NCBI GenBank assembly: GCA_963743815.1
Contig: CAVURB010000003.1
Location: 169,504-233,503, forward strand
Direction of reading: 5' to 3'
Length of the DNA: 64,000 nt
DNA from: an uncultured Chloroflexia bacterium
GTDB taxonomy: Bacteria; Chloroflexota; Limnocylindria; Limnocylindrales; CSP1-4
The translations under genes were made by a program, and so were the position numbers. The notes under the pieces were generated by a model. That model saw nothing but the letters and a program-made list of their open reading frames with translations, was not told the origin of the DNA and made no database searches. Below, one piece after another: positions 46,091-59,190 of this stretch (positions are counted from its first letter, which is position 1; each line of letters starts with the position of its first letter).

Positions 46091-46765
46091 CTACTCCTTG
46101 GGAGCGGCCTTCTTCTTGGGAGCGGCCTTGGCGGTCGCGGTCGGCTTGGTCGTGGTGGCCTTGGCGGCCGGCTTGGCCGCGGCCTTGGTCGCCTTCGGTG
46201 CCGCCTTGGCGGCCGGCTTCGCAGCGGCCTTGGTCGTCTTGGCCGGAGCCTCGGGTGCCGCGGCGCTGCTCGCAGCGGCGGCGGCAGCAGCGGCTGCGGC
46301 GGCCTCGGCTCGAGCGGTCTTGCTCAGCGCGGCGCGGGCCTTGCCGGCGGCGGTCTGGGCGCCCTTGGCCTTGGTGGACTTGCCGGCCGCGATGCGGGCC
46401 TTGGCGGCCTTCGCCGCGGCGGCCTTGCCGGTCTGCTTGGTGACGCGGGCGGATGTCTGCACCGACGCGCCGCCCAGGGCCGCATTGACCTTGCGGGTCA
46501 GGCGCGACTTGCGGCGCGCGGCCGCGTTCGGGTGGATGGCACCGGCCTTCGCCGCGCGGTCGAGCGCGCTGAGCGCCTCGATCAGGGCGGTGGTCGGATC
46601 CTGGCCCTCGACGGGGTTGGCGGCCAGGGTCAGGGCCTTGGCGACATAGGTCTTCGCGGCGCTGCGGCGCGGGCCCAGGACCTCGTGGCGTCGCGCAGCC
46701 TGGCGAACGCGCTTGAGACCTGACGGTGTGCGCGCGCCTGTCCAGGTGCGGGGCGTCTTGGCCAA
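46091..46765 (-). CDS. rpsT: 30S ribosomal protein S20 with an Ala/Lys/Pro-rich C-terminal extension of about 135 aa
   Basis: S20 core GLKRVRQAARRHEVLGPRRSAAKTYVAKA...LDRAAKAGAIHPNAAARRKSRLTRKV. The tail is ...KAAAAKAAKARIAAGKSTKAKG...AKTTKAAAKPAAKAAPKATKAAAKPAAKATTTKPTATAKAAPKKKAAPKE. Start taken at TTG 46765, with GAGG 10 nt upstream. Confidence 0.8.
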   Translation of the reverse strand: MAKTPRTWTGARTPSGLKRVRQAARRHEVLGPRRSAAKTYVAKALTLAANPVEGQDPTTALIEALSALDRAAKAGAIHPNAAARRKSRLTRKVNAALGGASVQTSARVTKQTGKAAAAKAAKARIAAGKSTKAKGAQTAAGKARAALSKTARAEAAAAAAAAAAASSAAAPEAPAKTTKAAAKPAAKAAPKATKAAAKPAAKATTTKPTATAKAAPKKKAAPKE

Positions 46766-46909
46766 AGGGGCGGACCTCAGTTGGAGTGGGATCTTGGTCG
46801 TCGGCACCGCGGCGCGGGGTGAGCGTCGGGCGCGACGACGGATGGTACCACAGCACGCCGGGAGCGCCCCGACCGGCACACGCCCGTCGCGTCCGCCAGA
46901 CTACAGCCA

Positions 46910-47810
46910 GTGACTGCGATCCTTGGTGGCCTCGGCGCCGCCGTGCTGTGGGCGGCCGCCACCCTGGCATCCTCACGATCGAGCCGGATGATCGGCTCCC
47001 GGGTCGTGCTGGCTTGGGTGATGATCGTGGGCACGATCGTCGGCCTCCCGATCGGCCTTGCCGCGGGCGTCCCCACGGACGTGGCTCCTGACTCGCTGGC
47101 CCTCCTCCTGGTCGCCGGCCTCTGCTACTCGGGCGGGCTCTACAGCGCCTACACGGCCCTCACCTTCGGCAAGGTCTCCATCGTCGCCCCGATCGTCGCG
47201 ACCGAAGGCGCGGTCGCGGCGCTCATCGCGGTCGCGCTTGGCGACACCATCGGTGCGAGCGCGGCGCTGCTGCTGGCGATCATCGTCGCCGGCGTCGTCC
47301 TGTCGTCGATCGAACCCGCCCGCCCCGACGTCATCGCCGGCGACCTGGAGATCGCCGCGGACGCGCCAGACCTCGCTCGGGTCGCATGTCGAGGACACGC
47401 GCCGGGCGGTGGTCTTCGCGGTCGCGGCGGCCGTGATCTTCGGGGTCGGCCTCGTCGCGACCGGCAAGGCCGCCGTGGACGTGCCACCGATCTGGGTCGC
47501 GATCTCGGTGCGACTGATCGGCCTGGTGATCGTCGTGTTGCCGCTGATCCTCCAGCGCAAGCTGTTGCTGACCCGGGCCGCGCTGCCACTCGTCGTCATC
47601 GCCGGGATCGGCGAGATCATCGGCTCCACGCTCTCGGCGTGGGGCGCCTCGGTCAACATCGCCATCACCGCGGTCCTCGGCTCGCAGTTCGCCGCGATCG
47701 CGGCCGTCATGGCGTTCCTGCTCTTCGGGGAGCGACTGTCACGGACCCAGGTGCTCGGCGTCATCCTGATCGTCGCGGGCGTGAGCGCCCTCGCGGCAAC
47801 GAGCGTCTGA
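46910..47810 (+). CDS. EamA/DMT-family transporter, one frame break (47320-47395)
   Basis: The first five TM helices are in frame 2 (46910...). The second half is in frame 3 ([22 protein letters not shown]...[22 protein letters not shown]). Confidence 0.75.
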
Positions 47811-47829
47811 CCGGCTACACTCCCGCGTC

Positions 47830-49641
47830 GTGACCATCCCCCAGGACCGCCTGCGCAATTTTTCGATCATCGCGCACATCGATCACGGCAAATCCACGCT
47901 GGCCGATCGATTGCTGGAGCTGACGCACACCATCGACGCGCGGCAGATGACGAGCCAGGTCCTCGATTCGATGGACCTCGAACGCGAGAAGGGCATCACG
48001 ATCAAGGCCCGCTCTGCCCGCCTCGAGTACACCGCGAAGGACGGCAAGACCTACGGGCTCAACCTCATCGACACGCCCGGTCACGTCGACTTTGCCTACG
48101 AGGTCAGCCACAGCCTGCAGGCCTGCGAGGGCGCGATCCTGGTGGTGGACGCCACGCAAGGCATCGAGGCCCAGACGCTCGCCAATGTCCATCTCGCGAT
48201 GCGCGAGAACCTCACGCTCATCCCGGTCCTCAACAAGATCGATCTCCCGTCCGCCGATCCCGAGACGATCATGGACGAGCTCGAGAACGTGCTCGCCATC
48301 CCGCGCGAGGAGGTCATCCTCGCGTCGGCCAAGGACGGGACCGGCGTCCCCGAGATCCTCGAAGCCATCGTCGCGCGCATCCCGGCCCCCAAGGGCGACC
48401 CGACCAAACCGGTCCAGGGCCTCATCTTCGACAGCCACTACGACGCCTACAAGGGCGTGATCGTCTACGTCCGACTGGCGCAGGGAACGCTCAAGAGCGG
48501 CGAGCCCGTCCTCCTGATGGGCAGCGGCGCCGAGGCCGAGCCGCTGGAACTCGGCGTGTTCCGCCCGCAGCTCGTGCCCGTCAAGCAGCTCGTAGCCGGC
48601 GAGGTCGGCTACGTCGCGACCGGGCTCAAGAACGTCCGCGAGGCGCAGGTCGGCGACACGCTCACGACCCAGGCGCGTCCGGCGAGCGAGCCACTCCCCG
48701 GCTACCTGCCCGCCAAGAGCCTCGTCTTCGCCGGCATCTACCCGCTCAGCGGCGAGGACTACCCGCTCCTGCGCGAGGCGCTCGACAAGCTGCATCTCAA
48801 CGACGCGAGCTTCACGTTCGAGCCCGAGAGTTCCGTAGCGTTGGGCTTCGGCTTCCGCTGCGGGTTCCTCGGCCTGCTCCACATGGAGATCGTCCAGGAG
48901 CGCCTCGAGCGCGAGTTCAGCCTGGACCTCATCGCCTCGGCGCCGTCGGTGGAGTACCACGTCAACCTCGAGCACGGTCGCGGTCAGGTCGTCGTTGACA
49001 ACCCGGCGCTCCTGCCCAACCCGTCGGACATCGAGTCGATCGAGGAGCCGTGGGTCAAGCTGAGCGTCGTCACGCCGTCGTCGTACATCGGTCCGCTCAT
49101 GGAGCTCTCGACCAACCGGCGCGGCACGTTCGTCAACATGGAGTACCTGGACCCGACCCGGGTCGTGCTCCATTTCGAGATGCCGCTTGCCGAGCTGATC
49201 GTCGACTACTTCGACCAGCTCAAGAGCCGGAGCCAGGGTTACGCCTCGATGGACTACGAGGAGCTGGGCTACCGACAGGCGAACCTCGTCAAGGTGGACA
49301 TCCTCGTCAACGGCGAGCCCGTGGACGCCCTGAGCCTCATCGTCCATCGCGATCGCGCGCAGTCGACCGGCCGGGCCCTCGCCGAGCGCCTCAAGCAACT
49401 GATCCCGCGCCAGATGTTCGAGATCCCCATCCAGGCGGCCATCGGGAGCAACGTGATCGCGCGCGAATCGGTCCGCGCCATGCGCAAGAACGTGCTCGCC
49501 AAGTGTTACGGTGGCGACATCACTCGCAAGCGCAAGCTGCTCGAGAAGCAGAAAGAGGGCAAGCAGCGCATGAAGCGGGTCGGATCGGTCGAGATCCCGC
49601 AGGAGGCGTTCCTCGCGATGCTCCGGATGGACGAGGGCTGA
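47830..49641 (+). CDS. lepA: translation elongation factor 4
   Basis: [33 protein letters not shown], and the C-terminal LepA-specific block [22 protein letters not shown]. Confidence 0.96.
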   Translation: MTIPQDRLRNFSIIAHIDHGKSTLADRLLELTHTIDARQMTSQVLDSMDLEREKGITIKARSARLEYTAKDGKTYGLNLIDTPGHVDFAYEVSHSLQACEGAILVVDATQGIEAQTLANVHLAMRENLTLIPVLNKIDLPSADPETIMDELENVLAIPREEVILASAKDGTGVPEILEAIVARIPAPKGDPTKPVQGLIFDSHYDAYKGVIVYVRLAQGTLKSGEPVLLMGSGAEAEPLELGVFRPQLVPVKQLVAGEVGYVATGLKNVREAQVGDTLTTQARPASEPLPGYLPAKSLVFAGIYPLSGEDYPLLREALDKLHLNDASFTFEPESSVALGFGFRCGFLGLLHMEIVQERLEREFSLDLIASAPSVEYHVNLEHGRGQVVVDNPALLPNPSDIESIEEPWVKLSVVTPSSYIGPLMELSTNRRGTFVNMEYLDPTRVVLHFEMPLAELIVDYFDQLKSRSQGYASMDYEELGYRQANLVKVDILVNGEPVDALSLIVHRDRAQSTGRALAERLKQLIPRQMFEIPIQAAIGSNVIARESVRAMRKNVLAKCYGGDITRKRKLLEKQKEGKQRMKRVGSVEIPQEAFLAMLRMDEG

Positions 49642-49651
49642 CGGCACGCCC

Positions 49652-50422
49652 GTGGACGAATTCGTCGACCTCGCACGCGTCCTCATCGCCATCGGGTTGG
49701 CGATGCTGCTCGCCATGCTCCGCCTCGACGCGGAGCGCTTCGGGACCGCCGAGTACTACGAGGCGACGCGCGACGGTGAGCGGCCACGGATCCGCCGTCG
49801 GCTGGGCTGGTACGGGATGGGCGTCGGGATCGCCGTCGCGATCCTGGTCATCCATCCGGCGCCCCAGACCGAGTTCTTCCTGGGGTCGGGCGACCGGTTC
49901 GGGGCCGTCTTCGGCGGGCTGCTCTACGGTGCGATCGGGGTGGGGCAGGCCGTCGCGTTCGCCACGGTCCGTTACCACCGCATCCGGTTCCCCGACGTGT
50001 CGTCCTACCCGGGAGCCCTGCTCAATTCCACCGCGACCGCCTTCATCGATGAGGTCGCGTTCCGTGGCGCCATCTTCGGGATCCTGCTCTCGATGGGCCT
50101 CGAGGCCACGATCGCGAACGTCATCCAGACGCTGCTCTACGCGCTGACCACGCGGCTCGGCGCCCCGGGACGGGATCGCTACCTGCTGGTCCTGGCGCTC
50201 GGGATCGGGTTCATCGGCGGCTGGCTGACCTCGGCCACCGGCGGGATCGCCGCGGCGTTCCTCGGCCATGCCATCACCCGGTTCGCCGTCTTCCTGTGCA
50301 CCGGTCACGTCGGCCAGACCAAGCCCCGCGGCCGGGAGGTCGAGGAGATCGAGAAGCGACGACGCCCGCCCGATGGATGGCGGGTGATCGGTTCGCGCGA
50401 GGCCGCGTCCCGCGACCGGTGA
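49652..50422 (+). CDS. CPBP-family intramembrane glutamic endopeptidase (CAAX protease-like)
   Basis: FIDEVAFRGAIFG (EExxxR-type motif 1) and FLGHAITRFAVF (motif with His). 6-7 TM helices. Confidence 0.8.
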   Translation: MDEFVDLARVLIAIGLAMLLAMLRLDAERFGTAEYYEATRDGERPRIRRRLGWYGMGVGIAVAILVIHPAPQTEFFLGSGDRFGAVFGGLLYGAIGVGQAVAFATVRYHRIRFPDVSSYPGALLNSTATAFIDEVAFRGAIFGILLSMGLEATIANVIQTLLYALTTRLGAPGRDRYLLVLALGIGFIGGWLTSATGGIAAAFLGHAITRFAVFLCTGHVGQTKPRGREVEEIEKRRRPPDGWRVIGSREAASRDR

Positions 50423-51648
50423 GTGACGGGACGCGACCCCGCGTCCCCCGACCGCGCTCTACGTCCACGTCCCGTTCTGCGTCTCGCTCTGCCCGTACTG
50501 CGACTTCGTGGTCATCGCCGGGTCTGCGACGCGGGGTCCGACGAGCAAGGTCGGTACGTTCCTGGACGCCCTGGCAGTCGAGATCGAGCTCCGGGCGGAC
50601 GCGCTGGACGCGGCGTTCGGTCCACCCGGGACGAAGCGACGACCGAAGCTGGAGACCGTGTACTTCGGTGGTGGCACGCCGTCCATCGTGCCGGTCGAGG
50701 AGATCGAGCGGATCCTGGGGCGCGTCCGGGAGCGATTCGGTGTCGGCGCCGGACGCCGAGATCACGCTGGAGGCGAACCCGGGGCCGGACGAGCGCGGCG
50801 ACCCGGCCGCCCAGCGCCAGGCCGGGATCACGCGGATCTCGTTCGGGGCGCAATCGCTCGACGACAAGGAGCTGCGTCGCCTGGGCCGGCGACATCGGGC
50901 ACGGGACGTGGGCGACGCGGTGGCGGGCGCCCGGGCAGCGGGCATCCCGTCGATCAACATCGACCTGCTCTACGACATCCCCGAGACCGAGCTGCCGGTC
51001 TGGATGGCGACCCTGGACGGGGCGCTCGAGATGGGGCCGGACCACCTCTCGCTGTACGCTCTCTCGCTCGACGACCCCGATGCCGAGGGGCTGACGGGTC
51101 CGTTCGGCGACCACCTGCCGGTGACGCGCGGGGCGCGACGGTGGCGCAACACGGCCCGGCCCGGGCAGGACGAGGACCGTGCCGCCGCCCAGTACCACCA
51201 CGCGGTGATCACGCTCGGCGATGCCGGGTTCCGCGGGTACGAGATCTCGAACTGGGCGCGGCCGGGGCACGAGAGCCGGCACAACCTGGCGTACTGGACC
51301 CGCCTGCCGCACGAGGGCGTCGGGCCGGGGGCGCACGCGTTCGATGGGGTCACGCGTCGCTGGAACGCAGCGCGGCTGGACGGCTACCTCGCGGCGCTGA
51401 CGGCCGGGTCGCTGCCTCCGGGCGGCGCCGTCGCCACCGATCCCGAGACCGAGGCGATGGAGGCGGTCATCCTGGCGCTGCGACTGGACACGGGCGTGCC
51501 GCTGGCCGCGGCGCACGAGCCGCCGCTCGCGGACCAGTTCGGATGGGCGCTCGCCGCGGAGCTGCTCACGGTGACCGACGACGAGCGGGTGGTCCTGACG
51601 ACGCGCGGCCGGTTGCTCTCGAACGAGCTGTTCCACCGGCTCCTCTGA
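50423..51648 (+). CDS. hemW: radical-SAM heme chaperone HemW (HemN-like), two apparent frameshifts (about 50458 and 50747)
   Basis: LYVHVPFCVSLCPYCDF (CxxxCxxC), YFGGGTPS, EITLEANP, RISFGAQS. The reading goes frame 2, then 3, then 1. No start codon is available in the frame holding the Cys motif. Confidence 0.88.
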
Positions 51649-51722
51649 CGCGACGGCCGGCGACGGGCACGTCTGGGGGACCAGTGGGGCGGTCTGATGC
51701 TCCTCCGGGACGGTCCGGTTCG

Positions 51723-51752
51723 TTGACACTCTCGGACGGCGACTGCTACGAT
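51723..51752 (+). promoter_or_regulatory. sigma-70-type promoter of the hrcA operon
   Basis: TTGACA (51723-51728), 18 nt, TACGAT (51747-51752), immediately upstream of the CIRCE element. Confidence 0.55.
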
Positions 51753-51765
51753 GCCAGCACATTCG

Positions 51766-51792
51766 TTAGCACTCTCACCCATAGAGTGCTAA
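51766..51792 (+). promoter_or_regulatory. CIRCE operator (HrcA binding site)
   Basis: TTAGCACTC-N9-GAGTGCTAA, a perfect match to the CIRCE consensus, 20 nt before the hrcA TTG start. Confidence 0.95.
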
Positions 51793-51811
51793 CCATCGTG
51801 GGAGACCTGAG

Positions 51812-52884
51812 TTGGCGCGTCGAGTCCGTCGCACGCTCGGCCCCCTGGACCTCCGTTCGCAGGCGATCCTTCGGGCCGTCATCGAGGAATACGTCACGAC
51901 CGCCTCGCCGGTCGGCAGCCAGGCGCTCGTGGAGCGCTACGGCCTCGGCGTGTCCAGCGCGACCGTCCGCAACATCCTCGCCGAGCTGGAGATGGCCGGT
52001 CTGCTGAGCCATCCCCACACGAGCGCCGGCCGGATGCCGACGGACGCGGGCTACCGCTTCTACGTCGAGTCCATCGCGGAGACCGTGCCGCTCCCGGCCG
52101 TCGAGCAGCTGATGATCCGCCACCAGTTCGGGCAGGTGGAGTTCGCGAGCGAGCACTGGTTCCGCCTCGCCGCGACGACGCTGGCCGGGCTGACGCGTTC
52201 GGCCGGTCTCGCCACGCCGGCCAAGCCCCAGGCCGCGCACATCCGGCGCGTGGACCTCGTCGCCGTCAATGAGCGGCTGGCGAGCCTCATCCTCGTCCTC
52301 CGTGAGGGCGCCATCAAGCAGGCCGTCGTGCCGCTCGACGAGGCCGACGCCGTGGACCAGGCGACCCTCAACCGCGTCGCCGAGATCCTGAACGATCGAT
52401 TGACCGACGCGACCGCGACCCAGGCGGACGGCGATCCTCGCCCGGCTCGGGCGACGAGGGGCAGCTGGAGCGGGTCGCCCGCCGGGTCGGCGAGCGGATC
52501 GTGCGGGTCGTCCGCGACTACGACGCCGCCGCGGTCGAGGAGGTCTTCAGCGACGGCCTCCTCAACGTGATGGAAGCCCCGGAGTTCGCCCAGAGCGACA
52601 AGCTCCGCCAGGTGTTCTCGGCGCTCGAGAACCGCGCGTACCTGGGACAGCTCGTCGGGGACGTGGCGGGTTCGGGCCGGATCCACGTCTTCATCGGGGC
52701 GGAGAACACGCCCCTCGAGATGCACGACGTCTCGCTCGTCCTCGCGCCGTACGGCCGGCCGGGCCGCGCCATCGGCGTGGTCGGCGTGCTGGGGCCGACG
52801 CGCATGAGCTATCCCCAGGCCATCGGCACGGTGCGCTTCGTGTCGGGCCTGATGAACGAACTGGTGGACCATCTCTATGCCTAG
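51812..52884 (+). CDS. hrcA: heat-inducible transcriptional repressor HrcA, two closely spaced frame breaks (about 52425 and 52450)
   Basis: [23 protein letters not shown]...[29 protein letters not shown]. The C-terminus is in the 52501 frame (...[24 protein letters not shown]). The short piece RTAILARLG is in the third frame. Confidence 0.92.
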
Positions 52885-53477
52885 CCATCGCGTGCCCGGA
52901 TCGCGCACCCGAGCGCAGCAGCGCGCCGACGAGATCGACGTCTCGCCGACCAAGCTGCTCGCCGACATCGAGGCCCTGCAGGCCGAACTGGCCGCCGCCG
53001 CGACGCAGTCGGACGAGTACCTGCTGGCGCTCCAGCGCGAGCGCGCCGAGTTCCAGAACTTCAAGCGTCGGACCGCGGAGGAGCGGCAGCGCGACTTCGG
53101 TCTCGCCGCCGAGGACCTCATCCGCAAGGTGCTGACGCTGGCCGACGACTTCGACCGCGCCATCGAGGCGCGTCCGGAATCGATCGCGGGCGACCCCTGG
53201 TTCGAGGGCGTCAGCGCCATCGATCGCAAGCTCCGCAATCTCCTCGAGACCGAGGGCGTGTCGCAGATCGACGCGGAGCCGGGCACGCCGTTCGATCCCC
53301 GCGAGCACGAGGCGATCGCCAACGTGCCCGGGACCGGCCGACCCGAAGGCGAGATCGTCGAGCAGGTCCGCCGGGGCTATCGATTGCGCGAGCGCGTCCT
53401 GCGCCCGGCGCTGGTCGCCGTGGCCGCGGGCGACGGCGACGACCGCCGACACCACCACCGAATCCCTTCCGAACTGA
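52877..53477 (+). CDS. grpE: nucleotide exchange factor GrpE, frame break near 53445
   Basis: [36 protein letters not shown]...[14 protein letters not shown]. In the assembled frame there is no stop before dnaK. Shifting +1 at GACCGCCGAC gives ...[10 protein letters not shown]-stop at 53475-53477. Confidence 0.88.
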
Positions 53478-53506
53478 CCACGACGAACGAGGAGCACACG
53501 CACACC

Positions 53507-55467
<1,961 letters not shown>

Positions 55468-55502
55468 GCCTCTGGGCGATCGCGGCCGAAGGCACGATTC
55501 AC

Positions 55503-55533
55503 GAACCGCCCAGGCCGATGGCCCGGGCGGTTC
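55503..55533 (+). terminator. dnaK terminator hairpin
   Basis: GAACCGCCC-aGGCCgatGGCCc-GGGCGGTTC, 36 nt after the dnaK stop. Confidence 0.6.
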
Positions 55534-55620
55534 ACCGTTCTCCGGGCGCGTCCGTCCGCGCGGGCCGCCGATCGCTCGCCACGCCGCGGGACCCATGGCC
55601 CGGCCCCGGCAGACCCGCGA

Positions 55621-55807
55621 TTCCTGACAGATGTCCACCAGGGGAGCGTTGGTCAGCACGGTTCCTGACAGATGCCAGACCGGCGGACCAGATGTCAGGA
55701 TGTGCTCGCGGTTTCGGTCGGGATCTGTGCGTGGCACGACACGGCTAGCCGGACGCGGCGACCCGACGCGGCGACGAGCGCCCGTGTGCTGGACATCTGA
55801 CAGGAAC
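55621..55807. repeat. array of four TTCCTGACAGATG-type motifs (two direct, two inverted); the outermost pair forms 16-bp near-perfect inverted repeats
   Basis: TTCCTGACAGATGTCC (55621-55636), TTCCTGACAGATG (55662-55674), CAGATGTCAGGATG (55689-55702), GGACATCTGACAGGAA (55792-55807). Confidence 0.7.
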
Positions 55808-56472
55808 AGGATGCCGGCGACGACGCCGACCGGGTCGCGGAGCCAGCGCACGCGCCGCACGACCGTCCGGAGCGGGCAACACGACCGCGAAGGTCGCTCT
55901 GGTGGTGATCGACCCTGCGACGGGCCGTGTCGATCGTCGGGCATGACGAGCAATCGGGAGCACTGTCCGCACCTGCCAGCCACGTTGCCGGGCGATCTCG
56001 GATGCCGAGCCGGACCTTTCGGTCGAGCGTCCCGAGCATCGCCGCGAGATCGGGTACGACGGACTTGATCTCGATGACGAGGAGCGCGCCCGTCGCGGCG
56101 TGGAACGCAAGGATGTCGATCGAGCCGCGTTCGCCACGGATGTTGAACGACACCTCGGTCGACGACGTCCCAACCGAGCGGCGAAGCAGGTCGATCGACG
56201 ACCTCGGTGACGCTGGCATGCGTGCGCATCGAGCAGGCGATCCAGTCCCTCGCCATGCGAACAGCAGCCTGGTGGTCAGCTAGCCGCCGAGGGCGGCCAC
56301 CATCCTCGACGAGCACGTACAGTCGGCACGCGGTCTGCCCGTCCGCGTTCGATCCGTCCGACACGACGCCACGCGAGAGCCCGGCTTCGACGCGCCGAGG
56401 CGACGCCTGCGTCCACCCGCGTCGACGGCGGAGCGCGACGTCATCGCCGAGGCCGAACCGGACGACATCCAT
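55700..56472 (-). pseudogene. decayed XRE-type HTH plus PD-(D/E)XK nuclease-like gene (multiple frame breaks)
   Basis: N-terminus MDVVRFGLGDDVALRRRRGWTQ (HTH-like). EVSFNIRGERGSIDILAFHAATGALLVIEIKSVVPD (D...E-x-K nuclease core) is in a second frame. RLLVMPDD, TARRRVDHHQ and ATFAVVLPA fragments are spread over three frames. The 3' boundary is uncertain. Confidence 0.5.
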
Positions 56473-56596
56473 GGCCGAGGCAGTGCGCTGACGTGCCGCG
56501 CTTCACCGGCGGCTTACCGGTCGCGCATCACGGCTCATCGCGGCTGCACTGCGGCGTCCCGACGACCCGGACCCGGCCGCGGTACCATGCCCGCCC

Positions 56597-57572
56597 ATGC
56601 CCGACACGACCGTGTCGGCGGCGGTGCCCGCCCCCAGCGCCACGTCGACCTCCTCGCTCATCCATGCCCGCGGACTGACCAAGCGGTTCGGCGAGTTCAC
56701 CGCCGTGGACGCCATCGACTTCGACGTCGCGCCCGGCGAATCGTTCGGCTTCCTGGGCCCCAACGGCGCCGGCAAGACCTCCACGATGCGGATGATCGCG
56801 AGCGTCTCGCCGGTCAGCGACGGCACGCTGACCGTCCTGGGCCTGGACCCCGAACGGCACGGTCCGCAGATCCGGGCGCGCCTCGGCGTCGTGCCCCAGC
56901 AGGACACGCTCGACAACGAGCTCACGGTCCGCGAGAACCTCGTGATCTACGGCCGGTACTTCGGCCTCAGCCGCGCGGAATGCGCCCGCCGCGCCGACGA
57001 GCTGCTCGACTTCGCCCAGCTCACGGAGCGGTCGGGCGACCAGGTCGAGCACATGTCGGGCGGGATGAAGCGCCGCCTGACGATCGCCCGCTCGCTCATC
57101 AACGAGCCCGAGCTGCTGCTCCTCGACGAGCCGACGACCGGCCTCGACCCGCAGGCGCGCCACCTGCTCTGGGATCGCCTCTACCGACTCAAGCAGCGCG
57201 GCGTGACGCTCGTCCTGACGACCCACTACATGGACGAGGCGGAGCAGCTGTGCGACCGGCTCGTGGTCATGGACAAGGCGCGGATCGTCGCCGAGGGCAT
57301 CGCCGCGCGCGCTCATCGAGCAGTACTCGACCAAGGAGGTCACGGAGCTCCGGTTCGCGCCCGGGGTCGCCGAGACGCTCGACGGCCAGCTCGACGGCAT
57401 CGCGCAGCGGATCGAGCACCTGCCCGATCGCATCCTCCTGTACGCCGACGACGGCGAGGCCGCCGCCGTCGCCGTCCACGATCGCGGCCTCCGGCCGGAG
57501 GCCGTGCTGGTTCGCCGGTCGTCGCTCGAGGACGTGTTCCTGCGCCTGACCGGCCGCTCGCTGGTCGACTGA
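56597..57572 (+). CDS. ABC transporter ATP-binding protein (DrrA/NodI-like), one frame break near 57300
   Basis: Walker A GPNGAGKTST, Q-loop, signature MSGGMKRRL, Walker B LLLLDEPTTGLD, H-loop TTHYMDEA. The C-terminus SPRALIEQYSTKEV...LEDVFLRLTGRSLVD-stop is in the next frame. Confidence 0.88.
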
Positions 57573-58378
57573 TGGCCGCGCTCGCGCATCCGCGGACGAC
57601 GGCCGGGCGCGTCTTCGAGCATCGATTCCTGCCAGTATCGACGGACCTTCCGGGCGAGCATCTTCAGCTCGTTCCTGTTGCCGGTCCTGTTCCTGACCGC
57701 GATGGGCCTGGGCCTCGGCACGTACGTGGACGACGGCGGATCGGCGGTCGCTCGGCGGCGTGCCCTACCTCGCGTTCCTCGCGCCCGGGCTGCTGGCGTC
57801 CACGGCGATGCAGTCGGCCGCGTTCGAGTCGACGTTCCCGATCATGGGCGGGCTCGTCTGGAACCGGACGTTCCACGCGATGTACGCGACGCCGATCTCG
57901 GGTCGGGACATCGCGCTCGGGCAACCTGCTCTGGATCGCGGCCCGGCTGCTGCTGATCACGACGGTCTTCACGATCGTCATCGTGCTGTTCGGCGCCTTC
58001 GAGTCGCCGCTCGTCGTGTTCGCGATCCCGGTCGCGGTGCTGACCGGGCCTCGCCTTCGCCTCGCCCGATCGCCGCCTTCTCGGCCACGCAGCGCACGGT
58101 CGAGAAGTTCAACGCGATCTTCCGATTCGGGATCACGCCGCTGTTCCTGTTCTCGGGCACGTTCTACCCGGTCGACCAGCTGCCGACGGCGCTCCAGGCG
58201 CTCGCCTGGCTCACGCCGCTCTACCACGGCGTGGAGCTCGCGCGCGGGCTGTCGCTCGGGACGATCGGCGAGGAGCCGGTCCTCGCGCTGGTCCACCTCG
58301 TCGATCCTCATCGGGTTCTTCCTCGTCGGGACGTGGTTCGCGATCCGCACGATCTCGGCGCGGCTGGTGCGCGGATGA
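57572..58378 (+). pseudogene. ABC-2-type permease, at least 5 frame breaks
   Basis: Pieces lie in three frames: QYRRTFRASIFSSFLLPVLFLTAMGLGLG; VPYLAFLAPGLLASTAMQSAAFESTFPIMGGLVWNRTFHAMYATPIS; NLLWIAARLLLITTVFTIVIVLF; IAAFSATQRTVEKFNAIFRFGITPLFLFSGTFYPV; ILIGFFLVGTWFAIRTISARL. Confidence 0.75.
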
Positions 58379-59176
58379 CCGCCCTGCGCATCACGCCGAT
58401 GCTCATCCCGGGCAGCCGTCGATCGCTGCGCCTGGTCGAGCGCAACCTGTACGTCTACTCGCACACCTGGCTGGTGATCCTGTCGGGGTTCTTCGAGCCG
58501 CTGTTCTACCTGCTCTCGATCGGCTTCGGGCTGGGCGCGCTCATCGGGACCGTCCCGGGACCCGGCGGCGAGCCGATCCCGTACCAGCTGTTCGTGGCGC
58601 CGGCGCTGCTCGCGAGCGCGTCGATGAACGGCGCCATCAACGAGAGCACGTTCAACTTCTTCTTCAAGCTCAACTACAACAAGACGTTCACGGCGATCCT
58701 CTCGACGCCGCTCTCGCCGGGCGACATCGCCGTCGGCGAGCTGCTCTGGGCGCTGATCCGCGGCGGCCTGTACGCGATCGGGTTCGTCGTCGTGATGGTC
58801 GTCCTCGGCCTGGTCGTGTCGCCGTGGGTGATCCTCGCGTTCCCGGCCGCGCTGCTCGTCGGGTTCGCGTTCGGGGCGGTCGGGATGGCGGCGACGTCGT
58901 TCATGCGGACGTGGCAGGACTTCGACCTCATCCAGCTCGTGATCCTGCCGCTGTTCCTGTTCTCCGCCACGTTCTACCCGATCGAGACCTACCCGCCGGC
59001 CCTCCAGGTCGTCGTCAAGCTCACGCCGCTCTACCAGGGCGTGGACCTGATCCGGTCGCTGACGGTCGGGGCGATCAGCCCGATCCTGCTGGTGCACGTG
59101 GCGTATCTGCTCGATCATGGGCCTCGTCGGGCTGGCCGTCGTGTCGCGGCGGCTCGACCAGCTGCTGCTCAAGTAG
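58375..59176 (+). CDS. second ABC-2-type permease, one frame break near 59112
   Basis: ATG 58375 overlaps the upstream stop (ATGA). YVYSHTWLVILSGFFEPLFYLLSIGFGLG...FNFFFKLNYNKTFTAILSTPLSPGDI...LPLFLFSATFYPIETYP. The last 20 aa (IMGLVGLAVVSRRLDQLLLK) are in the next frame. Confidence 0.8.
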
Positions 59177-59190
59177 GGCCGGGTGGCGGC

